A DNA stretch of 63,981 bases, the filler included, from Octopus bimaculoides (Eukaryota): the NCBI RefSeq assembly GCF_001194135.2. It is 5 parts of 5 records of this genome, joined end to end, with 100 filler letters (N's around TTAATTAATTAA, not from the genome) between each part and the next. Parts side by side here need not be neighbours in the genome. Positions count along the whole stretch, not along the records: positions 25,400 to 57,020 come from NC_068984.1; positions 57,121 to 59,951 come from NC_068989.1; positions 60,052 to 61,998 come from NW_026377874.1; positions 62,099 to 63,981 come from NW_026329890.1; 1 more part is not named here. One strand, 5' to 3'. A model generated the notes under the pieces. It was not told the DNA's origin, did not search any database, and saw nothing but the letters and a program-made list of their open reading frames with translations. Every line of letters begins with the position of its first letter. Within the stretch, counting starts at the first letter, position 1. Shown piece after piece: positions 48,874 through 62,168 of the stretch. Position numbers and translations under genes: made by a program.

Positions 48874-50776
48874 AAGAGAGAGAGAGAAAAAGAGAGAGAG
48901 AGAAAAAGAGAGAGAGAGAAAAAGAGAGAGAGAGAGGGTGTTTAGAAGAATAATAGGAAAGTCTTTATCGTTGATAAACAAATAAAGTTTTATGCTAATA
49001 AAGAAGTAACTAGGTCACAACAGGTCCCAGAAAAATATTCATAAAAAAAAACAAAAAAAAACAAAACAAAACAGTGAAGTGGCGTGGTACATGGCAGAAG
49101 AATACATTTGAAAAATGTCCATTTCCAAATGCAATTAATTACATGTAGGCTGTATGTTAGCTGAGAGTCTATAAAATAGGAGAAAGATTAAAAGCTGGAA
49201 GTTGCCATGCCATGCCTTTGACTGTCATAGAGCAGTAACTCTGAGGCAAGATTTCAAAAAGGATTGTTCTATTATGTAAAATCACTTCTTAAAGGCTTCT
49301 AAAACGTACTGAACGCAAAAAAAAAACAAACAAACAACAAAACAATGTGACTTACTAACATAGTCAACTGCTATGTTAGCATAAAGAGATCATGTGACTA
49401 GGAAAACTCATTTTACTATTGAGCCAAATATCAAGTATATAATCATATGCTATGATGCATGATAGTGAGAAAGGCAATTAATATTTATATCTGTGTAATC
49501 AAACAGACAACATTCACCACAAAGTGATATCAAATACAAGGCACACTGTTGATTCTACCACTTATACATTTTATATTAGCATAAAGTTGAAAATAGTATC
49601 ATTCAACATCCATGATGTACTATTAGCTGGTAGACTTAATCTGCCACCCCAGCCCTTCAGATCTGTTAGTAGAGTCCACTCTGTTGCCAACATCCAAGCT
49701 AGTTCTCTTGTCTGAAGACTACCAATTTTGGAAATACTGCAGAAGGACATGGGTACTTTTCTTCTTTTTCTGACAAAAGCTATTACAAAAATTTTATATG
49801 CAATACAAGACATAATTTGGTGAGTATTTTTCATGCTCAAAAGCTGTGAGTTCAGTTTTTAGGCATTTGTTATTGCTTATCCCAATTTGACAAAACCTAT
49901 CAGGATCAAGCAAAACCTATGATAAAAATGATTCAGTTATCATTAGGTTGTTTTGCATACCAAGACATTGTCAAAGGTGTCCTACCTCTACCAAGACAGT
50001 AGGGTATAAGATTTGGCTACTATTTCTAGAAGGTCATCCATTCATTTATACATCAATATAGCAAGTCTCAGAAATACATTGGAACCAAACAAATTGAAAC
50101 TATTCAACTTCTGCAAGAAAAAAAAAAATTGATCTTTTATACAATACAAGCATGTGTAAGTTTTGTTGTGAAGCTCCTATTGTTTAATGTCAAACACTGA
50201 TCTTTTAAGCAAGTTTTCAACTGAACAGAGTGAAAAGACTTTGACAAACAACAATGTGTAGTATGCCTCCAAAGATGTTATTGTGTCCATTGTGAACACA
50301 CTTAAGTTTCAAATGGATAAATCCACTTAACACACATTTATATGTACATAGATATACACATACACTCATGCGCACACAAACATACACATGCTTGTTAACC
50401 ACATTATATATATTCACACACACATTTACAAACAAACACATGCATACATACATCAAAACACATGGCTTCTGCACTGAGTTCAATCCCACTAAGAACAATT
50501 TTGCCTTTCATCTTTTTGAGATTGATAAATAAAGTACTAGTTCTATATTTGGGTTAATTCTTCTCTTTCTTTCACCTTTTCCTTATGTTTGTGTATCTCC
50601 CTTTCTGGAAGAAATCAGCTATGATCAGACCTGAGAGAGATAGAGTCAAGACACACCATATGTGACAATAGCCTCCCTACAACTTCATAAAAAAGTTGGG
50701 GATCCAAGGCAAAGCATATACATATATATGCACACACATATACATACATATATATATATACACACACACACAAATA

Positions 50777-51984
50777 CAAGATGCAAGAGGTATTTGAGGA
50801 TGTAATTAGTACTTTAAAATTTGTGTACATGTTCTCAATAAGCTTTCTTAGAAGAATTTTCTATGAAACCACCTTCAGCTTCAATGATTATTTCAATGCG
50901 GGACAGGAATCATTGACATGCCTGTATGAAATATTCCTTATTCATTTTGAATACCAGCTGAACAATAGCAGCCTTCCACGAAGCTATGGGATTGTCAGGA
51001 TGTTCATTAGTCTTCTTTGCAACAACACTTCAAACATCCATGTAATTTAAATCTAGCAAGTTTGATGTTACATGATCATAAAAACTTTCAGACATCCATT
51101 CTTTGGTTATGTGGGCTTGTGAAAAAAGTGCTAAGTTTTGTTGAAATATGCATGGCCTTCTTCTGTGTCCTTCATCCATTCAGCATTCAACAGCTGTCTC
51201 CAGTGCCTCAACATATCCAGGAGCATTAATTCCAAGAACTTGTGGAAAAATGTGAGGTGGCATGACATGGCCTTCATTACTCACCACTTCTAACACTATC
51301 ACAGTTGCTGGAAACTTAGTGTGCAAATTCTTCTGATGAGGGCATTAGAAGAATCTGCACATAACCATCTGTCAGTTCTCTTGTTAGACTTTGGCCTTGG
51401 TCAAAATATTTCTCATCAGAAAAAAACCAAAGCATGTCTTGTTCTTGAGGGTTTTTAATCATGTTAAGTAACTGCTTGGCACAGACCAGTTTTCCTATTT
51501 TTGCAGACATGAATTGGCTTCTCTCCTTAATATCTACAAGTTGTATCAAATGTCCTCACCCACTGCAGTTCTGACAGTCCATTCCAATGCCTGAAGTTCT
51601 TTTGTGATGGACCTCATTGATTTTCCAGGATCATCATTGATAATGTTTTGAATCTGCTGGATGAAACTGATGTCCTCATAGTGTCCAAATATTTAGAATT
51701 TAAAAAAAAAATTTTGTCTCCTTGCTACAGTTTAAACATTCCTGTTAGAGGATTCCAATTCTACCTGAATTTTGTGTACAAAAGATCTTGCAACATTTAG
51801 AAAACTGACAATTTCAAAATTGCTGTGTTCTGCACATAAGGCAACAATGACTGCATGTCTTTTCATTTCTTCAGGGAACAGTTTATCTGCTATAGGGGAT
51901 CTGAAAATAAACAAAATCTTTTTGATTGGTTTGAAGGGAGTAACATACTGATAATTAAGAGTCCTCAAATACTCTGTCACCTTG
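50777..51984 (-). mobile_element. Tc1/mariner DNA transposon relic
   Basis: TA flanks at 50775-76 and 51985-86; degenerate TIRs CAAG(A/G)TG...GAG(G)TATTTGAGGA; transposase fragments MKRHAVIVAL...FLNVARSFVHK and WFFSDEKYFDQ. Confidence 0.85.
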
Positions 51985-54900
51985 TAGACACACAAATATA
52001 TATATATATAAATACATACACATAGGCAGGCATGACTGTATGGTTATGGATTTCACTTTATTATCCTGTGGTTTTAAGTTTTTTTCTCAGTGCATGGCAT
52101 CTTAGGCAAATTTCTTCTGTAGCCTTGGGTTAACTATTTCCTTGAAATCAGTGTAGGGAAACTGTATAAAAGCCCGTCATACAATCATATATACATGTGT
52201 ATGTATGTAGATATATGTATGCAACAAAACCTCCATAAATTAGAAACCCATACTAGAATAAGAATCCCAGTAAAGGACAATTATACAATATCAGTGTATG
52301 TTATAATACAATACTAATGTATGTTATATGCAACAAAATCACCGTAAACCAAGAACTCCTAAACAAGTTCAACCACACAAGAATTACAATTTTAATGAAA
52401 GGTAACTTGAAACAATGTGAGCACAAGATACAGAAAAAGCACATCACATGCATATTCCCATCTTCAGCTACCTAATGGACATCATTATGGTTTTGATACT
52501 ACATGTATATGTGCATTACTTTCTTAGACAACCCTAGAAATTATCAGCATAAGATGACAGTGGCTTGGTCTAAGCTAAGCCAGATATCATTTTCCTGAGA
52601 TAAAATGCAAATAGTTTGTCCCAAATGACACTGTAAACAAAATATTAATAGCTATCAGCTGTATTAGTGTAATGAGTGCTTATTTTGCTAAACCTATCAA
52701 CAAATGATCAGTACACAACATACATACATGTTTGTGAGTGTACATGCACATGTATCTGTTTATATGCTAATGTTCTGTGTACTTGCATAAAAAATATTGA
52801 GGAAAAGAAGAAGATGATGTTTATTGACATTCCTTGCTCATAAATCATCTCAGCTCTGTTTTTGAAAACAAATGGAATAAAAATTCTACTACTTAAAAAA
52901 CAGTTCAGGATCAGTAACAAGAAGGGCACCTAGCTGTAAAACTATGTCTCAATATACATTTGTCCAACCTGTGCTAGTATGGGAAAATGGACATAAAATG
53001 AATGAACATCAATTTATATGTGTCTCTCTATCTATCTATCTATATACACATAAACATATATGCAAACACACACACATATATACACATTCCCATATGCACA
53101 CACACACACATTAAATTAGTGGTGTAGTAATAGTATTTTTTTTATTGCTATGCTGTACAACAGAATACATCTACAGAAGGTTTTTTTTAGCCCATACTCT
53201 ATATTACAATAGATAGTGAACAGTCATATATGCCATGCTTGAATCAGATTTCATCAGCATCTATGCCCCCTCTCTAACTATTCTTGAACACACTGCTTAT
53301 AAACCCAGTTATTAAAGGATTAGGTAAAATGGACAGATCAACATGCATACATAACACTTTCTCGGCAGCTAATTTGAATATCAAATAAGTGGTGTGTTAA
53401 CAGAGCTGTAAGCTATACTTATGGGTTTACTTCTTTAAGAAAACACTGTTAATGTCACATTGAAAGTAGATACTTTGGTTAATTTACATATTTTTTTCTG
53501 TGACCAGAAAAAATACTGCATATATTTTTTCTTCATTTCTTAATAAGCAGAGCCTACAATGCACATTGTGACCAACTTATTAGCACTTCTAATTTCATAA
53601 GATCTTAGTCCATTCCAGCTCTTTTCGTTCCAAGCTTAAATTCTGCCAAGGCTAATTTTGCCTTTCACCTTTTCGAAGCCTATTAGATAAGTACTAGTCA
53701 AGAACTAGGTTGATATAATCAACTGAATCCCTCCTCTTAAAATTACTGACTTTGTGCCAAAATTTGGAACCATTCTTATCATTGCTATTATCATTATTAG
53801 TTGTATTATCAAGGCAGTGAGCTTAAGAATTGTTACAGTGCTGGGCAAAATGCTAAGTGGCATTTCATCCATCTTTATGTTCTGAGTTCAAATTCTGCCA
53901 AGGCCAACTTTGCCTTTCATCCTTTCAGGGTTGATAAATTAAATACCAGTGAAACACTGGGGTCAATGTAATCAACTAGTCCCCTTCCCACAAATTTCAG
54001 GCTTTATGCCTTTAGTAGAAAGGATTATTAGTTGTATTGTCACATCATTAATGACTGTGTCTTTGGAGTTACATCTACCGCATTCCTGACAGCTTATTCA
54101 GCCTCATTTTGACTGTAGTTTGATTTTAAAATATAAAAAAATGAATTTCATTCTTATGAGACAAAGTCAGTAAAGGTCAGAGTTTACAGGGACTACCAGA
54201 TTCATAGTGAATAAGTAGTGGCACTCCATTGGATACAACAATGAGTGTTCCAGTTGATCTGATCAATGGAACAGCTGACTTGTGAAATTAACATGCAAAT
54301 AGCTGAGTACTCCACAGATATGTGTATCCTTAATGTAGTTCTCAGGGTGATTCAGCATGACACAGAATGTGACAAGGCAGGCTCTTTGAATTATAGATAC
54401 AACTCATTTTTGCCAGCAATGTGAAATAAAGTGTATTGCTCAAGCACAAGGCACATTACCAAGAGTGAAACTCATGACCTCATCATTGTGAGTCAAATAC
54501 CTCAATCACTGAGTCACATGTCGTCACTATTCATAATGACAAAGCACGATATCTTATAGGTGCAGGCATGGCTGTGTGGTAAGAGGTCTCTTTCCCAACC
54601 ATATATGGTTCTGGGCCCAGTGCCATTGCATGGCTTTTGAGTGGGTGTTATCTACTGTGACCCTGAGCTGATCAAAGCCTTGTGAGTGGATTTGATAGAT
54701 GAAAGCTGAAAAAATGCCCATTGTATATTATGTGTGTGTGTATGTGTGTATGCATATATATATATATATATATAAATTGAAGAGTACAGTATTATATATC
54801 CATTACGGCCGATCTTACCTATCAGTTTCACACCAGGGATTCAACAGAATGTTAGGTAACAATTCAATTATGTAACCCTGCACTCTTCAGAGCTGGCAGT

Positions 54901-57120
54901 AATAGAATGAAATATGGTGACAGCAGTCAACATATTTCATTCCATCTTGAGTGCAAGGCTACATAATTGGACTGTTATCTAACACTCCATTGAACCCCAA
55001 GAGCGAAACTGATTGGTAAGATTGGCTGTAATGGATATATAATATTGTACACTTTAATTAATATACCCAATCTACTGACAAATATATGAGACCATTTTTT
55101 CTGACATGGACTCTTAGATGGTTGTGTGTGTGTGTGTGTGTGTGTGCATGCGCGTGCATGCATGTTTGCTTCTCCTTGTCTTGACATCAAGTGATAGCTG
55201 TAAATAAGTGTCACAGTCATGCAAATGGTGTCCTTCATTTTCAATATTCTGAAAACATCTAGTCATGGGTAAATATTACCTTACTTGGAAACAGGTGAGG
55301 GCTGGTGATAGGAAAGGCATCCAGCCATAGAAAATCCATCTCAACAAATTCCGTCCAAACGATACGAGCATTACATATGAGAGCTGGTTCAACAAATACA
55401 ATCAGTCAATTAATTATATATTTGACTGTGTATATATTTCAATTTTGAGACTATACATCTCAAAGAAGATCTATTTATATAAAAAGTTTTTTCATTCTAC
55501 ATTTTGTTTAGGATTAATGTGTTTATAATGAATGTCAAAATCCAACAAAGATTTTTTTGTTACAAAAAACATATTCAGTTTAAACAGAAGAATAGTCTTT
55601 GTCCATTAAGCAGGAAGTTATTTTGTAGCAGATTGTCTATTCAATTCAAATCCAACATTCTTTTGTATGTCTCTCTATGTGCTTAGTAGTTTGTGTTGGT
55701 TAGGCTTATAAACCATCAATCTTCTAATTATTATGATCCCTTCTACATAGCTCAGTCTTTTCAACCAATCTGCAATTCTCAGCTAAAAAACAATTATAAC
55801 ACTTAACAAATTTGTGTGCCATTTTGAGAAGGCACCATGCTAATTAACTCTGTATCACTTCAATTTTGTTAAAACTAATACAAAAAATACTTTCTAAGAT
55901 AGGGATTGAATTACAACAAGCCAATCTGTCATAGTTCTGTGAAATCTTTCCAGTGAGGTTTAATATGTTCAGGCAAAAACTGAGAATATGAGAAAAATAT
56001 CATGGATTTGTGATATTGAGTGTCAGTTAAAATTGGTTGGTGTATAGAGTGGAAAAAGCTGACATCAAGGTAATGTCCATGACACTGTACAGGGCCTCCC
56101 AGATTGGCAGGAGAGAGGGAGGAAGTTATCCTCAAATCAGATATCTAGCTTGAGTAAATGCAAGAGAGTAGACCCTGCTGAAGTACCCAAGGACCAACTA
56201 GTCATATTAAGACATGCAATGGATTAACTCTATCACCCAGGTAAGTCACAGCAGGGTTTGAACTCAGAACCCAAAGAATCAAAACAAATATGGAACACCA
56301 CTTTAGATCAATAATTTATCAACTCCAAGATGAAGAAAGGTAGAGTTAACCTTGATAGGATTTGAACACAAAATGCAAGAAGTTGAAATAAATACTTCAT
56401 GGTATTTCATCTACAGCTCAAATAACTGCCAATTTGCCAGTTACTGACAGAGTAACTTAAACACAACACATCATCTAAAGGTTAAAGCCAGAAATACAAG
56501 CATTTTTCAGTCTTCATGCAACTAAACCTGTTGACAATAATCAAACTCTCCTAATTTTACAATCAATATTTTCATATGTGTTCTCACTGCTATCTTTACT
56601 ACAAGCTGCTTCAACTAGAGTCAGTTCTGACCTCATTGACACTTTTGGTAGTGTTTCTAGCTACATGACATAAAATATATGTAGGCAGGAGAGCTCACAG
56701 ACATGCATGTGTGTATTAAAAAATGCTTATGTGTGCATGAATATGTAGAAATGAGTAAATGTATAGATATATTTCTTTATTGTCCACAGGGGGCTAAACA
56801 TAGAGGGGAAAACAAGGACAGACAAAAGGATTAAGTCAATTACATCGACGCCAGTGCATAACTAGTACCTATTTAATTGACTCCAAAAGGATGAAAGGCG
56901 AAGTTGACCTCGGCAGAATTTGAACTCAGAACGTAATGGCAGACAAAATGCCGCTAAGCATTTCACCTGGCGTGCAAATGATTCTGCCAGCTTGCCACCC
57001 TAAATATATATATATATATANNNNNNNNNNNNNNNNNNNNNNNNNNNNNNNNNNNNNNNNNNNNTTAATTAATTAANNNNNNNNNNNNNNNNNNNNNNNN
57101 NNNNNNNNNNNNNNNNNNNN

Positions 57121-57163
<43 letters not shown>

Positions 57164-58384
57164 ATTAATTCCCTTTAATATTGTACTATAAAGTATTTCC
57201 TTAGGATCCGGTGTCGTTAGTCATTTAACTGCACTTGGAACATCGAATACAGGGTTCCAACAAATCACAGTTGTAAAACCTACATTGAAACAAATGATAT
57301 ATTTTTGCGTTTATAGAAATTTCTCAATTTGCCCTGTATATTATAACTAGTAATACTACAAAGTATTATGGTTGCTTTAAATATATATATATATATATAC
57401 ATATATATGTTATTTTTGTGCTCTAGGTGAGGGGTCCAGTCGATTAGATCGACCCCAGTATGCAACTGGTACTTAATACATCGATCCCAAAAGGATGAAA
57501 GGCAAAGTCAACCTCGGCAGTATTTGAACTCAGAACGTAAAGACAGACGAAATACCGCTAAGCATTTCACCCAGAAGCTCGCCGCCTTCCTAACCATGAA
57601 ATATTGAAATAACAGATAATCGTACTAACCATCGACTTGTATTTTTGATTGTTAACTTGCATTGCTTTGGACCTCAGGAAATATTTAAGACAGACACAGA
57701 CATACATCCACAGATAGATATGTAACGGACTCTCCGTCGTTAGACGACGTATAACAGCTCGGCAATTTCTTACCAAACAACCACACAGATGAGTTGTTTA
57801 TAGTGTTTATAGGGTTTGTGCACACATAAGTTCACTCCCTCCATCAAATCAACATTACCTGTACAGGTGCACCGTTTGCCATGTGCCAGATGACGAAATG
57901 ATTGTAGAGCGATGTGAAATTAAGTGCTTTGCTCAAGAAAATTATGCAGCTCTCGGTCTGGGAATCGAAGCCATGTTCTCGCAGTCGTGAGTGCAGTACC
58001 CTAACCATTAAGCCATGCGCCTTCACATATATGTATGCATGTATGTATGTATATGCATATATATATATATATATACTTTACTGTACTTATCTACTGCTTC
58101 TATCTCTGAATTTGTAATTCTTTATGGCCATTGCTAGCTTCAAGCAAATTCTAAATGGCAACATGCTGAGTGCATCAAATGCCAGTGGTCGCATATATAA
58201 GGGCAGCTTCCAGTTTGCGTTAGAGTTGATGTTTTCGACTACCATGAATCATTCGGAGGATTATTCTTTCAGTTTCCTTCTCAGCACTCTTGGTTGCGTA
58301 GGTGAACACACACTCACACACATGCGCACGCGCACTCACAAGCACACACGCACACATGCACACACATACATACATAAATGTAAA

Positions 58385-58420
<36 letters not shown>

Positions 58421-58521
58421 ATTGAATGGTTATTTTTCTATCTTTATATAATAAGTATTTCTTATTAATTCATTTGGTACTTATTGTTGGTTGAGATATA
58501 TATCTAATTATTGTTTTACTT

Positions 58522-58639
58522 ACGATCTGACGAGTAGCTATATTTTTGAATAGAATTTATTTTCGATAATTTCAATTGATTTTAATCGATTTAAATTTCT
58601 TTTCTATTGGAAAATTGGTTATGAAACACGTGTAATCTT
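58522..58639 (+). ncRNA. Type I hammerhead-ribozyme-like motif with a very long stem II
   Basis: GAU CUGACGA GUAGCUA ...75 nt... UGGUUAU GAAA CACGUG UA AUC: core boxes, palindromic stem III, GUA triplet, 3-bp stem I; stem II continues as an imperfect hairpin. Confidence 0.6.
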
Positions 58640-58966
58640 TTTATTATATTTATCTTATGATATTTACTTTACTTTATATTATACTCATTTATTGTGCTTT
58701 NNNNNNNNNNNNNNNNNNNNNNNNNNNNNNNNNNNNNNNNNNNNNNNNNNNNNNNNNNNNNNNNNNNNNNNNNNNNNNNNNNNNNNNNNNNNNNNNNNNN
58801 NNNNNNNNNNNNNNNNNNNNNNNNNNNNNNNNNNNNNNNNNNNNNNNNNNNNNNNNNNNNNNNNNNNNNNNNNNNNNNNNNNNNNNNNNNNNNNNNNNNN
58901 NNNNNNNNNNNNNNNNNNNNNNNNNNNNNNNNNNNNNNNNNNNGTTACTGTTGCTTTTAGCCCCAG

Positions 58967-59143
58967 GAGGACATCTCCTCCAGCTGGCTTATCGACACAC
59001 GACTGTGTCCTGTTTGCCAAGGGAAGTTATCCCTCTCACCATGATCTGTAGCACGAACGGATCCGGATTTCAGGGTTATTTCCCTTCGTCGGCGTTCGAC
59101 GACACAGTCGTGTGTCGATAAGCCAGCTGGAGGAGATGTCCTC
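58967..59143. mobile_element. MITE-like foldback with perfect 43-bp inverted arms
   Basis: 58967-59009 is the exact reverse complement of 59101-59143. Confidence 0.75.
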
Positions 59144-61312
59144 TATATTCATATCTGTATTCATATATATATATATATATATATGAATAAAGATAGATTC
59201 TTTTTTACCTTTTATCTTTTACTTCTTTCAGTCATTTGACTGCGACCATGATGGGGCACCGCCTTGATGGGTTTTAGTCGAACAAATCGAGCTCAGGACT
59301 TGTTATCTGTTTGAAGCCTATTATTTATTCTATCGGCCACTTTTGCCGAACCCCGCTATGTTACGGGGACATAAACACACCAATACGAGTTGTCAGGTGG
59401 TGTGTGTGTGGGGGGGGGGAGGCAAACACAGACACACACACATACACATACACATACACACACACACGCATCCACACACTCATATATATATAACCTACGG
59501 GCCTGTTACAATTTCCGTTTAGGAAATCCACCAACAAGGAATTGATCAGTCTGTGGGTATAACAGGCGTCTCATGCCCAAAGTGCCATGCAGTGGGAAAG
59601 AACCCAGAACCATGTGGGTGAGAAATATGTGTGTGTGTGTGCGCGTGTATGTATGTATGTATATATATATATCTATATATATAAAAATGAGAATGTGTGT
59701 GTGTGTGTGTGTCTGTCTGTCTGTCTGTCTGTCTGAATCCCTAAAACTCGAGAACTACGCAACCAATTTCATTCAAATTTTACACATGCCTTACTTAGGG
59801 TTCCAGTTGTGTTTTAGTCAAAAAAAATTATTAACTTCTTGCAGAGTTCGAGCACACGGCAACATAATATCTCCTCCACTATTTAAGTATTACGTGTCAA
59901 AAGTGAAACAAAAACACTCATGTCAAATACTTTCACTTTAAAAATGAAACTNNNNNNNNNNNNNNNNNNNNNNNNNNNNNNNNNNNNNNNNNNNNTTAAT
60001 TAATTAANNNNNNNNNNNNNNNNNNNNNNNNNNNNNNNNNNNNNNNNNNNNTGTGAACATATGTGCATATGCATGCATGTGCACACACACACACACACAC
60101 AAACATATATACATCATCATCATCATCATCATCATTGATATTATTTAACGTCTGTTTTCCATGCTGGCATGGGTTGGATGGCTTGATAGGAACTTGTAAG
60201 ACAATGGACAGTACCAGCTTCCATATATTGTCTGCCAAGCTGCATGACGGCCTTTGCTGGTTTGTTCGCATCCCTGTAACTTAGCAGTTTGGTGAGAGAC
60301 ACTGATTGAATAAAACAGAAGGCTTGGGAAAAGCGCTATGCTGGGCCCAGGCTCGGAGGTGGGGTGGGGGACAAATTGTCCAACTGAGATCCTTCAGGGC
60401 GGTGCCCCAGCATGGCCACTGTCCAATGATTGAAACAAGGAAAAGATAGAAAAAAAACAGAAATTTTTAAAAATCAGAAAAATAAAAGAAAACAAATAAA
60501 AAAACAAATAAATGCATTTTTAATTATTTTTTTAATTTTATTCTTTTATATTTTTATATATATATATATATGTATGTATGTATATATATGTATATATGTC
60601 TGTATATACATATATACATATATATATATATTATTTTGTTTAAAAGAGTTCCAACACTGTCTGTTTTTTATGTTTTATTTATATTCCTGCAAAACCAATG
60701 TGNNNNNNNNNNNNNNNNNNNNNNNNNNNNNNNNNNNNNNNNNNNNNNNNNNNNNNNNNNNNNNNNNNNNNNNNNNNNNNNNNNNNNNNNNNNNNNNNNN
60801 NNNNNNNNNNNNNNNNNNNNNNNNNNNNNNNNNNNNNNNNNNNNNNNNNNNNNNNNNNNNNNNNNNNNNNNNNNNNNNNNNNNNNNNNNNNNNNNNNNNN
60901 NNNNNNNNNNNNNNNNNNNNNNNNNNNNNNNNNNNNNNNNNNNNNNNNNNNNNNNNNNNNNNNNNNNNNNNNNNNNNNNNNNNNNNNNNNNNNNNNNNNN
61001 NNNNNNNNNNNNNNNNNNNNNNNNNNNNNNNNNNNNNNNNNNNNNNNNNNNNNNNNNNNNNNNNNNNNNNNNNNNNNNNNNNNNNNNNNNNNNNNNNNNN
61101 NNNNNNNNNNNNNNNNNNNNNNNNNNNNNNNNNNNNNNNNNNNNNNNNNNNNNNNNNNNNNNNNNNNNNNNNNNNNNNNNNNNNNNNNNNNNNNNNNNNN
61201 NNNNNNNNNNNNNNNNNNNNNNNNNNNNNNNNNNNNNNNNNNNNNNNNNNNNNNNNNNNNNNNNNNNNNNNNNNNNNNNNNNNNNNNNNNNNNNNNNATG
61301 TATGTATATATG

Positions 61313-61321
<9 letters not shown>

Positions 61322-61344
<23 letters not shown>

Positions 61345-61603
61345 ATATATGTATATATGTCTGTATATACATATATACATATATATATATATTATTTTGT
61401 TTAAAAGAGTTCCAACACTGTCTGTTTTTTATGTTTTATTTATATTCCTGCAAAACCAATGTGTATATTCCATATTCTATATCCCACATTGGTTTTGCAG
61501 GAATATAAATAAAACATAAAAAACAGACAGTGTTGGAACTCTTTTAAACAAAATAATATATATATATATGTATATATGTATATACAGACATATATACATA
61601 TAT

Positions 61604-61625
<22 letters not shown>
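61322..61625. repeat. ~140-bp near-perfect palindrome, with a direct copy of one arm at about 60560-60702
   Basis: ...GTTCCAACACTGTCTG...AACCAATGTG (to 61463), 21-nt loop, CACATTGGTT...CAGACAGTGTTGGAAC (from 61485). Confidence 0.8.
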
Positions 61626-61635
<10 letters not shown>

Positions 61636-62168
61636 CATATATACATACATCCATGTATACACAAGTACACACATACACATATATATGTATGTATATCTAT
61701 ATATATATGTGTATCTATCTATCTACATACATATATATATATATATATATATGTATATGTAAATAAATATATATTTATACATATATATGTATATATACAT
61801 ATATATGCATGTATATATGTATATATACACTCACATATATATATGTATATATATGTATATATGTATATATATGTATATATGTGTATATATATATATAAGT
61901 ATATATCCATGTGTGTGTATATATAGATACATACATATATATATATTCATATATATATATATATATATACACGTATGTGTGTGTGTGTGTGTGTGTGTNN
62001 NNNNNNNNNNNNNNNNNNNNNNNNNNNNNNNNNNNNNNNNNNTTAATTAATTAANNNNNNNNNNNNNNNNNNNNNNNNNNNNNNNNNNNNNNNNNNNNGT
62101 GTCCTTTATAACCTTCGAACAGGGGAGGTCAGCAGCTTCCCCTTGCTAATAATAATAATAATAATAAT

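Noticed and set aside
49626-49752. Possible plus-strand exon LVDLICHPSPSDLL...FWKYCRRTW
   Set aside because: Weak acceptor, no recognisable homology and no partner exons found.
57721-57850. TGTAACG start suggestive of a solo LTR
   Set aside because: No matching ...CGTTACA end or TSD was found before the adjacent SINE.
58124-58468. 114-aa plus-strand ORF
   Set aside because: Runs into microsatellite, with no recognisable domain or splice support.
61477-62050. YI/CV-repeat ORFs
   Set aside because: Translations of (TA)n/(TG)n microsatellite.
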